From a virus, in IMG/VR virus record IMGVR_UViG_3300046791_000587, positions 7,108 through 71,107 of that record: a DNA stretch of 64,000 nucleotides. One strand, written 5' to 3'. The notes beneath the pieces were generated by a model. It was not told where the DNA came from, did no database searches, and was given only the letters and a program-made list of their open reading frames with translations. Of this stretch, positions 46,429 to 55,859 are shown in pieces (position 1 is the stretch's first letter; each line of letters starts with the position of its first letter). Both the position numbers and the translations under genes were made by a program.

Positions 46429-46750
46429 CTAGTTCCTGCGCGGAAGCTGCTCGTACGCATCGTGCCACACGTCGGTCATGTCGAACGGGATGCAGCCATC
46501 TTCGGCCGCGTGCCCCTCGGGGATTGCGGTGCCCTTGGCTACGATGCCGCCCAGGATGAATGCGACGACCAGTTCAGCACCTAACTCCTCCGGGGTGTCC
46601 TCGAGCCCGATCTGTCCCTCCGTATCGTAGTCGCGGAGGCCCCAGTAGGGTGGAGAGGTCACGCAGGTCTGCACACAGCCGTCGGGCAACTGCTTGAGCA
46701 GCGCGCGGCAAGTCGCCTGTGTAGTGAGCGGAGACGGCGGGGTCGATCAT
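46429..46750 (-). pseudogene. frameshifted, truncated N4/N6 (beta-class) DNA methyltransferase
   Basis: MIDPAVSAHYTGD then +1 shift to CRALLKQLPDGCVQTCVTSPPYWGLRDY..GQIGLEDTPEE; family match lost afterwards. Confidence 0.7.
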
Positions 46751-47160
46751 GGTGCTTCTTCCACCACGATATTCTGCTCGCCCTCGGACAGTCTCTCCCA
46801 GAGCTTCCTCAAGTCCTCAAGGATCGGCTCCTGGGGCGCGCCCTTCTGTCGCGCGACCGCCAGTTTGCCCTGCACCGCGCGGTAACGCGCCAGGACCTCC
46901 GACTCGACGATCGGCACCACCTCCACGCCGCCCCGTGGGCCGACCGTGAAGATGGACAGGGCGCCGACCTTGCGGGCCCCGTGGTGGATCCGCTCGTTCT
47001 GAACGACGACCGCGAGCCCGTCCGCGCCGGCGAATACGGCACGAATCACCCCGGTGACCAGAAGCGTCATTTCCCCGTCGGATGTCTCCCGGGCGCCCGG
47101 ATGGCGAATCCATATGCTGACGCTGGCGCGCTGGCCCAGAAGGTCGGTGACCACGCTCAC
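46747..47160 (-). CDS. hypothetical protein
   Basis: GTGA/ATGA overlaps. Confidence 0.5.
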   Translation of the reverse strand: MSVVTDLLGQRASVSIWIRHPGARETSDGEMTLLVTGVIRAVFAGADGLAVVVQNERIHHGARKVGALSIFTVGPRGGVEVVPIVESEVLARYRAVQGKLAVARQKGAPQEPILEDLRKLWERLSEGEQNIVVEEAP

Positions 47161-47384
47161 CTGGACCTCAGCGGGCGCGATCGCCACATCAGGTAGCGAT
47201 CGCGTGAGTCGATGACCATGATTGCGGCCACCGTGGCGATAACGCAGTCGGCCGCCCCCCACACGGGGCTCAGCAAGATCGATCCCGTGATGCTCCCGAA
47301 CAACGCGAGCAGTGCCACGCCGTAGACCCAGCCTCGGCGGAGATATGGCCAGAGCGCGGCATCGACGTGCCGTCGAATCTTCAT
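47157..47384 (-). CDS. small two-TM membrane protein
   Basis: AAGGAG upstream; hydrophobic. Confidence 0.55.
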   Translation of the reverse strand: MKIRRHVDAALWPYLRRGWVYGVALLALFGSITGSILLSPVWGAADCVIATVAAIMVIDSRDRYLMWRSRPLRSR

Positions 47385-47515
47385 GTCGAACTCCTTTCCA
47401 CTGAAAAGTTACTGTTGATCGGACTTCGGGACGTCCGGTTCCGGTGGCGGCCTCCACCCCCAGACCATGATGGCGCAGCCGATGAGCGCGAACCAGGACT
47501 GCCAGCTCACAACGC

Positions 47516-47782
47516 TCAGCGTTCCACGAACGGCTGCGGGACCATGCCAGCGATATTGGAGACGGGAACGGTCAGCGAGGTCTTGACCGATACTCCATCC
47601 CTCAGGGCGCCCGTTCCTCCGCTGGGCCAGATCCGATCGGTCCTGAAGACCACGGTGTCCCCCGGCAGCGGCTCGGCGATGGCGTCGAACGATCGGATAC
47701 CTACGATCCTGTCGCCCAGCTTCAGGAAGATGGGAGAGCGGAGCGACACGTGATACTCGATGTCGGTCTCAGGTTTGGGCAT
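47516..47782 (-). CDS. hypothetical protein
   Basis: AAGGA upstream. Confidence 0.5.
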   Translation of the reverse strand: MPKPETDIEYHVSLRSPIFLKLGDRIVGIRSFDAIAEPLPGDTVVFRTDRIWPSGGTGALRDGVSVKTSLTVPVSNIAGMVPQPFVER

Positions 47783-47791
47783 TGGGGTCCT

Positions 47792-48013
47792 TCAGTGAAG
47801 GGAGACGGCGGGGCTCCCGTGCGCCTGGTCCAGGTAGGGGTCCAGCCTCACCCTGATCCGCTCGTTCTCGTCGGCCTGCCACTGGATGTGGCGCAGGAGC
47901 GCGAGGGCGGCCCCGCTGTCGATGCCGTTGCCCTCCGCCGCACGGTTGGCGACCGCGCGGATCTCGGGCGCGGACAATTCTTCCGGTGTCAGTTCGATGT
48001 CCATCTCGTTCAT
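47792..48013 (-). CDS. hypothetical protein
   Basis: ATGA overlap. Confidence 0.45.
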   Translation of the reverse strand: MNEMDIELTPEELSAPEIRAVANRAAEGNGIDSGAALALLRHIQWQADENERIRVRLDPYLDQAHGSPAVSLH

Positions 48014-48339
48014 CCCTTCAGGTAGCGTTGCAGTTGCGCCGGGCTCATCGTCCGGGCGTCTTGCGCTGGAGCCTGCCCGGCGGGGGCATAGCCGCGGATC
48101 GGCTTCACCGCCAGTACCTTGATCGTCCGGACCGACACCACCTCCATCAGCATGCCGCAGCCCTCGCCGTGGTTCTCGCCGCGGCAGATGACTCGGTGGC
48201 CGGTGTCCAGGAGTTGCTGCCCGTCGAGCTCGCGGAAGTCGTTGGGGCGACCGCAGTGCGGGCATGGCACGCGGTCCACCGTCCCCTGCGTCGATGGGGC
48301 CTGGCGTGGTTGTTGGCGCCCCGGCGGGAGTCGATTCAC
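48010..48339 (-). CDS. Zn-ribbon protein
   Basis: CPHC...CxxxxxxxGC; GTGA overlap. Confidence 0.55.
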   Translation of the reverse strand: MNRLPPGRQQPRQAPSTQGTVDRVPCPHCGRPNDFRELDGQQLLDTGHRVICRGENHGEGCGMLMEVVSVRTIKVLAVKPIRGYAPAGQAPAQDARTMSPAQLQRYLKG

Positions 48340-48545
48340 TTTCGCCCCCGGCGCTTCATGATGCCCAGGGCCTCGTAGATCCGGAGGCGGACCCACGTGG
48401 CCGCCTTGACGCCGTCCATCCGAGCGCGATCCCTGATCATCTCTTCGGCCCCCGGCGAGATCCGGGTGTGGAGGCCGACGCTCAGATCGGTCAGATCGTC
48501 GGAACCCTCGCTCGGGGCGGCGTCCGTGTCGGGTGTCCGCAACAT
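48336..48545 (-). CDS. ribbon-helix-helix-like regulator
   Basis: LHTRISP..EEMIRDRARMDGVKAATWVR. Confidence 0.6.
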   Translation of the reverse strand: MLRTPDTDAAPSEGSDDLTDLSVGLHTRISPGAEEMIRDRARMDGVKAATWVRLRIYEALGIMKRRGRK

Positions 48546-48595
48546 GTGCTACAAAACTAGACGCGGACCGGCTCAGAGTCAAGTATGATCCGCCC

Positions 48596-49003
48596 ATGGC
48601 GACCATCAAAGGCGACTACTGGCAATTCTACCTGGATGGCAGGGGCGAGAAGCGGCGCCTGAAGAACGACATCGACGAGGATGCGCTCGTGGAGGAGATG
48701 ATGAGCAAGGGTACGCCCCTGCGAGACGCGGTGCTCTCGGCGTGCGTTCGCGCGGCGGCGCCGCTCGAGGCGGGGAAGGCCAAGCGCATGTGGGTCTATG
48801 AACACAGCGAGGCGATCAAGGCGGCCGGCGACGACGCCGACGCGGCCTACGCAGCCTACCTGCAGGGCCGCACGGATGACCTCGCTTACGGGATCGAGGA
48901 GGCCGTGCTCGAGGCGCTGGATGAGAAGTTCGGAGAGGAGGGTGACGATGAAGGCGAGAGCGATGAGGAAGACGAAGAAGACGAAGCGGAGGACGACAAA
49001 TGA
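48596..49003 (+). CDS. hypothetical protein with acidic tail
   Basis: TATGAT 6 nt before ATG (leaderless-type). Confidence 0.6.
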   Translation: MATIKGDYWQFYLDGRGEKRRLKNDIDEDALVEEMMSKGTPLRDAVLSACVRAAAPLEAGKAKRMWVYEHSEAIKAAGDDADAAYAAYLQGRTDDLAYGIEEAVLEALDEKFGEEGDDEGESDEEDEEDEAEDDK

Positions 49004-49269
49004 TCAAGGGCCCATTCCCAATGTCGGCCTGCCAGACGAAGTACGAGATCCCGCTGGAGGCGCCCTACCTGACGCCGACGCTCAACGGGGAGCGGGTAGC
49101 GCTCCGGGTGAGCGTCGAGGACAGTGCAAAACTCGAGCGTCGCGGCCCTGGCGACTACGGCAGCATCGTCGACCTCGATACGGGTAAGCGGTACTCGGTT
49201 CGCGGCGCGGCCTGCGAGGTCCCGACCTGCTACTGCGACGCGGCGATCGTCGAGGTCGCGACCGGATGA
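49000..49269 (+). CDS. hypothetical protein (C-terminal CxxxxCYCDA)
   Basis: GGAGG upstream; ATGA overlap. Confidence 0.55.
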   Translation: MIKGPFPMSACQTKYEIPLEAPYLTPTLNGERVALRVSVEDSAKLERRGPGDYGSIVDLDTGKRYSVRGAACEVPTCYCDAAIVEVATG

Positions 49270-49299
49270 CCCTGCGGCAACACCAACGAAAGGACGACG

Positions 49300-49905
49300 A
49301 TGACCGACGACAAGAAGACGACCTATGACCCTGCCGAGGTCGAGCGGTTGATCGCGGAGGCGAGGGAGGAGGACGCGCAGATGACGCCCGTGCCGTGGCG
49401 AGCGGACTCCGCCGCCGGGATCGTGTTCGGCGACGGCGGCCACGTGGACGGCGCGATCGAAGTGTTTCGCATGGAGGCCGAGTCGCTCATCGCCGACCCC
49501 GACGCCATCGCCCGCACCCGCAACAACCTCCACGCGCTGGCCGACCAGCTCGAGGCCGCGCGAGCGGAGATCGAGCGGCTGCCCGCGCTGCCCGATGTCG
49601 GCGTGGCGCCGGGCCACGTGCCTGACGACCTGACCGACGACGACCTGAGCGCGCTTGAGCGCGACGCGGAGCACCTGCCATCGAGCCCAATCACCCTGGG
49701 CGAGATCGAACCGCTGCTCGTCGAGATCCGCCGCCACCGCGCCGCCCAGACCGCCAGCGTGGAGCAAGTGCGGGAGGTGGTGCGGGAGGCGTTCGCGCGG
49801 GTCTCCGATCTGAGCGGCGCCGAGTTCGCGCAACGCCATATCGAGGACATCGCGACCCGCGTCGCCGCTCAGATGACCGCGCCAGCGTCCGAGCCGCGCG
49901 CGTAG
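49300..49905 (+). CDS. Ead/Ea22-like phage protein
   Basis: TPVPW...DAIARTRNNLHALADQLE pattern. Confidence 0.5.
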   Translation: MTDDKKTTYDPAEVERLIAEAREEDAQMTPVPWRADSAAGIVFGDGGHVDGAIEVFRMEAESLIADPDAIARTRNNLHALADQLEAARAEIERLPALPDVGVAPGHVPDDLTDDDLSALERDAEHLPSSPITLGEIEPLLVEIRRHRAAQTASVEQVREVVREAFARVSDLSGAEFAQRHIEDIATRVAAQMTAPASEPRA

Positions 49906-49912
49906 CGCCGAG

Positions 49913-50623
49913 TCACGACTGGATGATGCGCGGCGCCTCCATGGTCACCCGACGGCGCACCGCAACGACCATGACGTCCTCGTAGTCGAAGAACTGCTCT
50001 ACCATTTTCATGGGGGTGCCCGGTCGAATGGGGCGCTCCTGGCTCGGATCCGGCGACAGGAGTCGGAGCCCGCCCTCCGGCGTCTCCGACAGCGAGCCCA
50101 TCAGCGTGACAGGCACCCCGCGGAGCATCACCCCGCACTCGATGGCTGGCGTCTGATCGGGGAGCGGGGAGGGGTGCTCCTTGAAGAGCCGTTGGATGGT
50201 GGCCCAGGAGGGCGGGGGAGTCGGGGGTAGCGCGACTGCCGGGATCGCCGTCAAGTGGTCCATGGCCGACTCCATCTTGGCGACGACCCCGGCGAACAAT
50301 GGGTCGCCTTCCGTCTGGGCGATCAATCGCCGGGCGATGTCCATGTGATCGGGATTTGGTCCCAGTATCACGCCAAGAAGATCCAGCAAGCTCGACATAG
50401 TGTCGATCATGGACTCGTCGCGCAGGAATTCCGCCTCACGGGGGAAGACCCCCCGGATCTCCTCTACCAAGTTGCGGACGATCACCCTGCTGCCCAATCC
50501 ATCCCGGCGCAGGTCTTCAATGGCGCGGGCGACAGTGACAACGGCATTCGCCATGCGAGCGGTCACGGCCGAGAGACGCCGCTTCTTGGTGAGATCATCT
50601 TCGGTCTGTTCGGTAGTGGTCAT
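49913..50623 (-). CDS. hypothetical protein
   Basis: AGGA upstream. Confidence 0.55.
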   Translation of the reverse strand: MTTTEQTEDDLTKKRRLSAVTARMANAVVTVARAIEDLRRDGLGSRVIVRNLVEEIRGVFPREAEFLRDESMIDTMSSLLDLLGVILGPNPDHMDIARRLIAQTEGDPLFAGVVAKMESAMDHLTAIPAVALPPTPPPSWATIQRLFKEHPSPLPDQTPAIECGVMLRGVPVTLMGSLSETPEGGLRLLSPDPSQERPIRPGTPMKMVEQFFDYEDVMVVAVRRRVTMEAPRIIQS

Positions 50624-50651
50624 GATGTCCTAGGGTGAGTTGGGCGGGTGG

Positions 50652-51071
50652 TCAGCTCGCCAGCACGAACTCGGGCGGCGTGCTGTCGTCGAGGTAGCGG
50701 AACACGATGCGCCACACGGTCGGGTTCGATGCCCACAGGGCGTCAGGGTTCGTGGCATCCCAGCGCTGGCGGTATGCGACGACGGCCGACGCCCATTCGC
50801 CTGGCATCAGATTGAGCCGCACCATGTCATCGAAGCCCATGGCTGCGATCCTCCCGAGGAGCGGCGATGGGCTTTCCACGAGTTTTACCATGGAGACTCC
50901 AATGACCTCGCCCGCAACGCCGGCCGTGTCGCGCTCGTTCATGACGATCAGCAGCCTGTCGCCGGGCCAGATATTGGGGACATCTGGAGACGCTGGGATG
51001 TGGACGAGGGTGCGTTTCTTGCTCAGCACATCCTCTCCGAACCTTGGGAACACGATCCTGTACGCGGTCAT
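50652..51071 (-). CDS. ASCH/PUA-like protein
   Basis: KKRT...GDRL...WDA.NP...W..NP.VW.I.F; AAGGAG upstream. Confidence 0.55.
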   Translation of the reverse strand: MTAYRIVFPRFGEDVLSKKRTLVHIPASPDVPNIWPGDRLLIVMNERDTAGVAGEVIGVSMVKLVESPSPLLGRIAAMGFDDMVRLNLMPGEWASAVVAYRQRWDATNPDALWASNPTVWRIVFRYLDDSTPPEFVLAS

Positions 51072-51082
51072 CTCGTGAGCTC

Positions 51083-51096
51083 CTTTCCAGTGGAAA
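51083..51096. promoter_or_regulatory. CTTTCCAGTGGAAA (parS-like candidate)
   Basis: Perfect 13-bp core, intergenic. Confidence 0.6.
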
Positions 51097-51097
51097 C

Positions 51098-51640
51098 CTA
51101 CGGCGGCATGACCACGGAGCGCAACGCCTCGTGGTCGGTGATGGGAAGCGAGATGATGTGCGGTGATAACATGCACCGAGGGTCGCGCTCGCCGTTCCAG
51201 GACTCGAAGTCCCGCCGGCTCCCTGTCACGATCTCCTCGTAGCGGAGCGCCGCTGTCAGTTGGGCGCCTGAGACCGGATGCGACCCGACGATGAGCACGT
51301 TGCGCTTGCCCTCCGTGTAGAGCTCCTGGCGGGCGCTGGCCACCCGGAATGCGGGGTCGACCGTGCCGTCCGGACGTCGCGTGGGCATGACGACCCGCTG
51401 CTCCCACGTCCATCGCTCAGGGTCGCAGCACACCACGTTCACGAAGTCCCCATCCATCGGCGTGGCCAGCAGCTGCGCGTAGTGCTCCCACCGGCCGGTC
51501 ATGCCCCCGGTCATGGAGCCGACGCGCACCGGGGCGATACGGAGGAGGCCGCTCAGGTACCCCAGGGCCAGCATGCCGATGGGGGAGGAATCGGTGGCGG
51601 CCAGGTAGCGGATGAAGCGGCGGGTCACCAGTGCCTCCAT
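51098..51640 (-). CDS. hypothetical protein
   Basis: ORF in minus-strand operon. Confidence 0.5.
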   Translation of the reverse strand: MEALVTRRFIRYLAATDSSPIGMLALGYLSGLLRIAPVRVGSMTGGMTGRWEHYAQLLATPMDGDFVNVVCCDPERWTWEQRVVMPTRRPDGTVDPAFRVASARQELYTEGKRNVLIVGSHPVSGAQLTAALRYEEIVTGSRRDFESWNGERDPRCMLSPHIISLPITDHEALRSVVMPP

Positions 51641-52212
51641 CCCCGTACCACGGCCTTGCCCCCGTTCCAGTCCTGCCAGGGCATCGCGACATCCGAGGCG
51701 AAGCGAGCGGCCAGCGCACGCAAGTTGACCTCATCCGATCCGGTGACCACGACCGCGATGTCGCCGCGGATCAGATCGACCACACTCTCGGCGCTGTCGA
51801 GGATCCACGTCAGGTTGGTGGGCTTGTTGCGGTACATGTGGCGCGCGAATACCACGCCCCACTTAGGGTCCGACTCGATCGCGAAGACGCGCTTGGCGAC
51901 CTTGGACATCTCGATCGCGAGCACCCCGATGCCCGCGCCGATCTCCACGACGGTCTTGCCGATGATGCGCTGGCCCAGGCGCTCGACGATCCAGACCGCG
52001 TCCTCGGGACGGAGGATGGTCAGCCAGTGCTTGGACTGCACGCCGTGCGCGGCATCGTAGCGTTCCTCGGCGGCTGACTCACCGAACGTGCTCTGCATGC
52101 TGACAGCGCCGGCTCGCGCCTCGTCGTACGCGTCGCGTGGACGTGGCGCCTTCCGTGCATCATTGAGGGGAAGGCTGTCGATGTATTCGGGGATGCCGTC
52201 GGTGGTGCTCAT
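51625..52212 (-). CDS. class I SAM-dependent methyltransferase
   Basis: KTVVEIGAGIGVLA, VFAIESD. Confidence 0.75.
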   Translation of the reverse strand: MSTTDGIPEYIDSLPLNDARKAPRPRDAYDEARAGAVSMQSTFGESAAEERYDAAHGVQSKHWLTILRPEDAVWIVERLGQRIIGKTVVEIGAGIGVLAIEMSKVAKRVFAIESDPKWGVVFARHMYRNKPTNLTWILDSAESVVDLIRGDIAVVVTGSDEVNLRALAARFASDVAMPWQDWNGGKAVVRGWRHW

Positions 52213-52213
52213 C

Positions 52214-52303
52214 TCAGAACTTGATCCTCTCGGAGGTATGCCACGCCGACCCATCGAAGAGCCCTTCGCTCAGGACGCGACCTCGAAGTCCGGTTCCAGT
52301 CAC
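52214..52303 (-). CDS. 29-aa peptide carrying repeat copy 2 (not in supplied track)
   Basis: GTG overlaps upstream TGA; MTGTGLRGRVLSEGLFDGSAWHTSERIKF. Confidence 0.35.
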   Translation of the reverse strand: MTGTGLRGRVLSEGLFDGSAWHTSERIKF

Positions 52304-52515
52304 TTCCTCCAGAACAGAATCCACGCCGCCACAGCCGCGATCGCGACCTTGACCGGCATGGACAGGCCACCCGTGGCGCTCTCCACGGCCGCATCGTCAC
52401 CGACGTACATGAGCTGGTTGACGCCGCTGGCGGCGGGCTTGTGGTAGGTGATCTTCACGCCGCTCCCGATGGCTTCTCGCAGGGTGCGCCGACTGCGGTT
52501 GCTCTCGCGGTGCAC
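52300..52515 (-). CDS. candidate virion membrane protein (leader-GD family)
   Basis: LMYVGDD; C-terminal VAIAAVAAWILFWRK. Confidence 0.6.
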   Translation of the reverse strand: MHRESNRSRRTLREAIGSGVKITYHKPAASGVNQLMYVGDDAAVESATGGLSMPVKVAIAAVAAWILFWRK

Positions 52516-52695
52516 TTGACGAGATCGACCGCTAGCGATTGACAGGCGCGGTCGATGGCTCCTGGCTGGCCGATCTCAACAGGGACGAAAGGCATGCAGG
52601 CGCCCGTCGTCTCGAACCCATCCGGTTCCATCCAAGTGAGCACCACGTGCCATTGTTGGTAGAGGGTCGCCACCCCTCCACCATGCCACAACCTG

Positions 52696-52923
52696 TCAGC
52701 AAGGCGGAAGCGAGAGGGCCGGCTCATACCAATCGGAGCAGAACTCGCTGGGCGGGCAGGGGATCAGCGGAGTGCCGTAGTACGCACGGTAGTTGGGTTC
52801 CCCACAGCTTCCGAACCTCCCACCTTGCACCGAGTAGTACCTACAGTTGGCGCAGTTGGCACCACCCTGGGGTACACGCATCGCCGGGCGGTGACCAAGG
52901 GGGACCGTGACTCGCTTCGCCAT
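52696..52923 (-). CDS. small Cys-rich protein
   Basis: CANCRYY...C...C...CSDW; TACTCT 5 nt before ATG. Confidence 0.55.
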   Translation of the reverse strand: MAKRVTVPLGHRPAMRVPQGGANCANCRYYSVQGGRFGSCGEPNYRAYYGTPLIPCPPSEFCSDWYEPALSLPPC

Positions 52924-52966
52924 GGGAGGAGAGTAGCCTAGGCGAAGGTGGGGTGGATCGGGTAAC

Positions 52967-52980
52967 GTTCCAGTGGAAAG
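52967..52980. promoter_or_regulatory. GTTCCAGTGGAAAG (parS-like candidate)
   Basis: Intergenic match to recurrent palindrome. Confidence 0.55.
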
Positions 52981-53116
52981 GAGTTCGATAGGACATCGAC
53001 TGACCTGTGGCGGTCCACGTCTACCGCGCCGCGCCCCAGCGTGCGGTTCGACCCGCTACCCCATCGCTACCCCACCCGTACCCGATGGTCGGGCGGAGAG
53101 TGAGGAGATTGAGGGC

Positions 53117-53479
53117 ATGAAGTGCGGAATCTGTCATGCCCCACTGCGCGTCCGCGGACACCATATGGTCGAGGCCAGCAATGCGACCGGAGGCAAGCGG
53201 AGGGCGCCGCTGTATCACCCGTGTCCGCGACTCGACGACCCGGCCGCACACCCGGCGCGGTTCAAGGGCAAACCGCACCCGGCCGGATGTCTCTGCGACG
53301 ACTGCACCGTGGCGACCGGCAGGGTGCACTCCGAGGCCGATGCCGCGTGCGGTCGTGAATGGACCTGCCAGTGTGGTGCTTGCAAGCGTGCCCGCGAGAT
53401 CAACATCCGTCGCGCGTTTGCGAAGCTCGAAGACGCCGAGCGCAAACTCGCCACGATCCGCAAGGTCAAGGCGCTGTGA
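53117..53479 (+). CDS. Cys/His-rich Zn-binding protein
   Basis: CGIC..H..C, CLCDDC, CQCGAC. Confidence 0.55.
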   Translation: MKCGICHAPLRVRGHHMVEASNATGGKRRAPLYHPCPRLDDPAAHPARFKGKPHPAGCLCDDCTVATGRVHSEADAACGREWTCQCGACKRAREINIRRAFAKLEDAERKLATIRKVKAL

Positions 53480-53613
53480 CCCCCGCCGATCGCCTCGCGA
53501 TCTACCGGGAGATCGCCGCAGCGCTCCGGGCCACAGGCGAGCGAGGCTCCGAGGTCGCTGCCATGCTGGTCGAGCAGTTGGCGGGTGAGTTGGCGCAGCC
53601 AGCCGCGGAATCA

Positions 53614-54228
53614 TCACCCGTCGCTGAACAGCAGCCACAGGAACAGCGCGGCGCCGCCGACCAGCAGGGCGGTCCCGAAGATCCCCATCGAGGCGCCTGA
53701 CAGCCACCCCAGCGGGTCCTCGTTGTTCGTGAAGTTGTCCTCCCCCGCTGCGAAGTCGGGCACCATCTTGTCCCGCACCTCCCAGTGGGTGTGGTTGGCC
53801 GAACTCGTGATGCCGACCTGGTCACCGGCCACCACCTGCGCGCCGATCGGCGCCATGGACGATGTCACCGGGTCCAGGTGCCCCAGGAAGTGGAACTTCC
53901 CGCTGTTCTCGCCCTGGATGATGATGAACCACGGTCCGTAGCCCACGAAGGGCGCCTGGCTGCCGGTCCCGGCCATGACCACCGCGCCGCTCTCAGGCGC
54001 CACCACGGACGTTCCGGCAGCGCCAGCGACGTCGAGGCCTGGATGCCTGCAGGGATAGCCGGAGACGCCGCAGGAGCCATCCGCGGGCGTGGAGCGCACC
54101 TCGAGCCACCCACCGTGCGCGCCAACTTGGAGCGGGTAGATGGGCGGCTGGGGCCTGCCCGGCTCGGGCGCGGGGGTCTCGACGGGGGTTGCACCCAGCG
54201 CCGGCCCGCGGAGGCGCGCGTACGTCAT
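53614..54228 (-). CDS. M23 metallopeptidase with C-terminal membrane anchor
   Basis: HPGLD, VVAPESG.V, FLGHL, HTHWE; terminal LLVGGAALFLWLLF. Confidence 0.85.
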   Translation of the reverse strand: MTYARLRGPALGATPVETPAPEPGRPQPPIYPLQVGAHGGWLEVRSTPADGSCGVSGYPCRHPGLDVAGAAGTSVVAPESGAVVMAGTGSQAPFVGYGPWFIIIQGENSGKFHFLGHLDPVTSSMAPIGAQVVAGDQVGITSSANHTHWEVRDKMVPDFAAGEDNFTNNEDPLGWLSGASMGIFGTALLVGGAALFLWLLFSDG

Positions 54229-55034
54229 GGCACCGATTGGTCGACCACGAAGTGGTAGGAGCGACCCCCATCCGGATCCACCCATTCCGACTGGGCAACC
54301 TCCTTGGGATCCATGGCCGAGACCAGATCCGCTCGGGCGAGTACAAGCAACCGCTGTTTCTGCGCTTCGACGAGTCGGTCCTTGAACTGTTCCAGGGTCA
54401 TCCCATCGAACGCAGGCGATGTTCGGAACTGGCGCCAGAGCGCTCCGATGAACACCTTGCGGTCGCCGAACCTGCCCTTCGCTCCGTCCCCGACCTCGGG
54501 CGTGATGTACGGAAGTTCGGCATTGACGTCGGCAGCGAACTGCCGAAGTGACATCTCGGGTCGTCCGGGGTTGCAGGGGTTGCGGCGCACCGGACGCTCG
54601 TCCCCGGAGATCTCCCACGAAAGATCCATGTGCTGACTGCGGTCCACCTCGATCTTCGTCTTCATCTCGGGGAGGTTGTACCGGGCGAACTCGGGCACAT
54701 CCAGGGTTCCCAGGCACGATAGCGCGACATCGCCACCGAAGGCGACGGCACGGTCCGCCTCGGTGGCTCGCATCTCGCTGTGCCGGGGGCGGATGTGCCC
54801 GCGCATCGTCAGGAACATCGCGGCGACTGAGTCCGTGTTCAGCGCAGCGATGCCGCCGGCCAACTCCTGGGCGGATTGCATGGCGGCCGACGGCGTCGCG
54901 CCAGCCTCTTCCTCCCATGTGCCCTTGTCGACATGGAGGTCGATCTCCGTGGCCCACTGGATGAACGCGTGCACCCAGATCGCGTGCGCCATCCCCTGGA
55001 GGATGTAGCCCTCGAGTTCCTGTTCGTGGGTCAT
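54225..55034 (-). CDS. hypothetical two-domain protein with RRNPCNP linker
   Basis: ATGA overlaps; C-terminal FGxRKVFI...L.RADLV.AMDP module. Confidence 0.6.
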   Translation of the reverse strand: MTHEQELEGYILQGMAHAIWVHAFIQWATEIDLHVDKGTWEEEAGATPSAAMQSAQELAGGIAALNTDSVAAMFLTMRGHIRPRHSEMRATEADRAVAFGGDVALSCLGTLDVPEFARYNLPEMKTKIEVDRSQHMDLSWEISGDERPVRRNPCNPGRPEMSLRQFAADVNAELPYITPEVGDGAKGRFGDRKVFIGALWRQFRTSPAFDGMTLEQFKDRLVEAQKQRLLVLARADLVSAMDPKEVAQSEWVDPDGGRSYHFVVDQSVP

Positions 55035-55576
55035 CGGCGCACCCTGGCGCGGTTGTTCTCGATGACGAGCTTCAGCCGGCACAGCGACGCCCCGGTGTGC
55101 ACCGCGCCGGCCACGTGAGGGGCGTCGCCGAGCTCCCAAGCGCACTCGAAGGGCTCGATCGAGAGGCGTCCGAATTGCGCGGCCGTGACCAGGTCGAGCT
55201 CGGCCTGCGAGTGACCGGCCATCGCCTTGACCAGGGCGGCCCTGGGGTTCAGGGACGTCGGCTCGTACTCGATCTTCTTCTGGTCCCCCCGGATGGTCGA
55301 GTGCTTGTGGCACCGGGGGCAGATGATCTGCGCCCTGATGGGCTCGCCGGGCAGGGCGTAGATGTCGATGGTCATCAGCAGGTCCCCGTAGACCACCACC
55401 ACCTCCTGCTTGCCCCCGGTGAGGCGGGTAGTGGACTGGAGGCCGGCCGGGGTCGGGTTGGCTGGGTCCCCGGCGAGTTGCACCACCTCGCGCTTTCCAC
55501 TGGCATGAGGCGCTGGTCCGCCCAGCATCTGCCGTACGCGGGGGTCGGATAGATCGATGGAGAGGTCTCTCGACAT
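55031..55576 (-). CDS. Zn-ribbon hypothetical protein
   Basis: ICPRC...C...C; TGATG overlap. Confidence 0.55.
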   Translation of the reverse strand: MSRDLSIDLSDPRVRQMLGGPAPHASGKREVVQLAGDPANPTPAGLQSTTRLTGGKQEVVVVYGDLLMTIDIYALPGEPIRAQIICPRCHKHSTIRGDQKKIEYEPTSLNPRAALVKAMAGHSQAELDLVTAAQFGRLSIEPFECAWELGDAPHVAGAVHTGASLCRLKLVIENNRARVRR

Positions 55577-55797
55577 CACGCCTGTTCCTTCAGCCATTTG
55601 CCGGCCTCGACGCGGTCGGCCATCGCGCCCACCGACATCCGCTTTACCTTGGCCCAGCGCACGTCCTCGCCGAGCGCCTCGCCCTCCGAGATGCAGTGGT
55701 CGAACGCGGCGGCCTCCTTGCGCAGGTAGGTCACTATTCCCCGTACGATCTCCGCCGGGGGCATGTCTTCGGGCACGACGATCTCACCTGACGCCAT
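55576..55797 (-). CDS. hypothetical protein
   Basis: Coupled ORF. Confidence 0.5.
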   Translation of the reverse strand: MASGEIVVPEDMPPAEIVRGIVTYLRKEAAAFDHCISEGEALGEDVRWAKVKRMSVGAMADRVEAGKWLKEQA

Positions 55798-55859
55798 GCC
55801 CTATGGTAGCCGGAGGGCACTGGGATCGGGTAGCCTTTCCGCTCGAAAGGAGTTCAACG

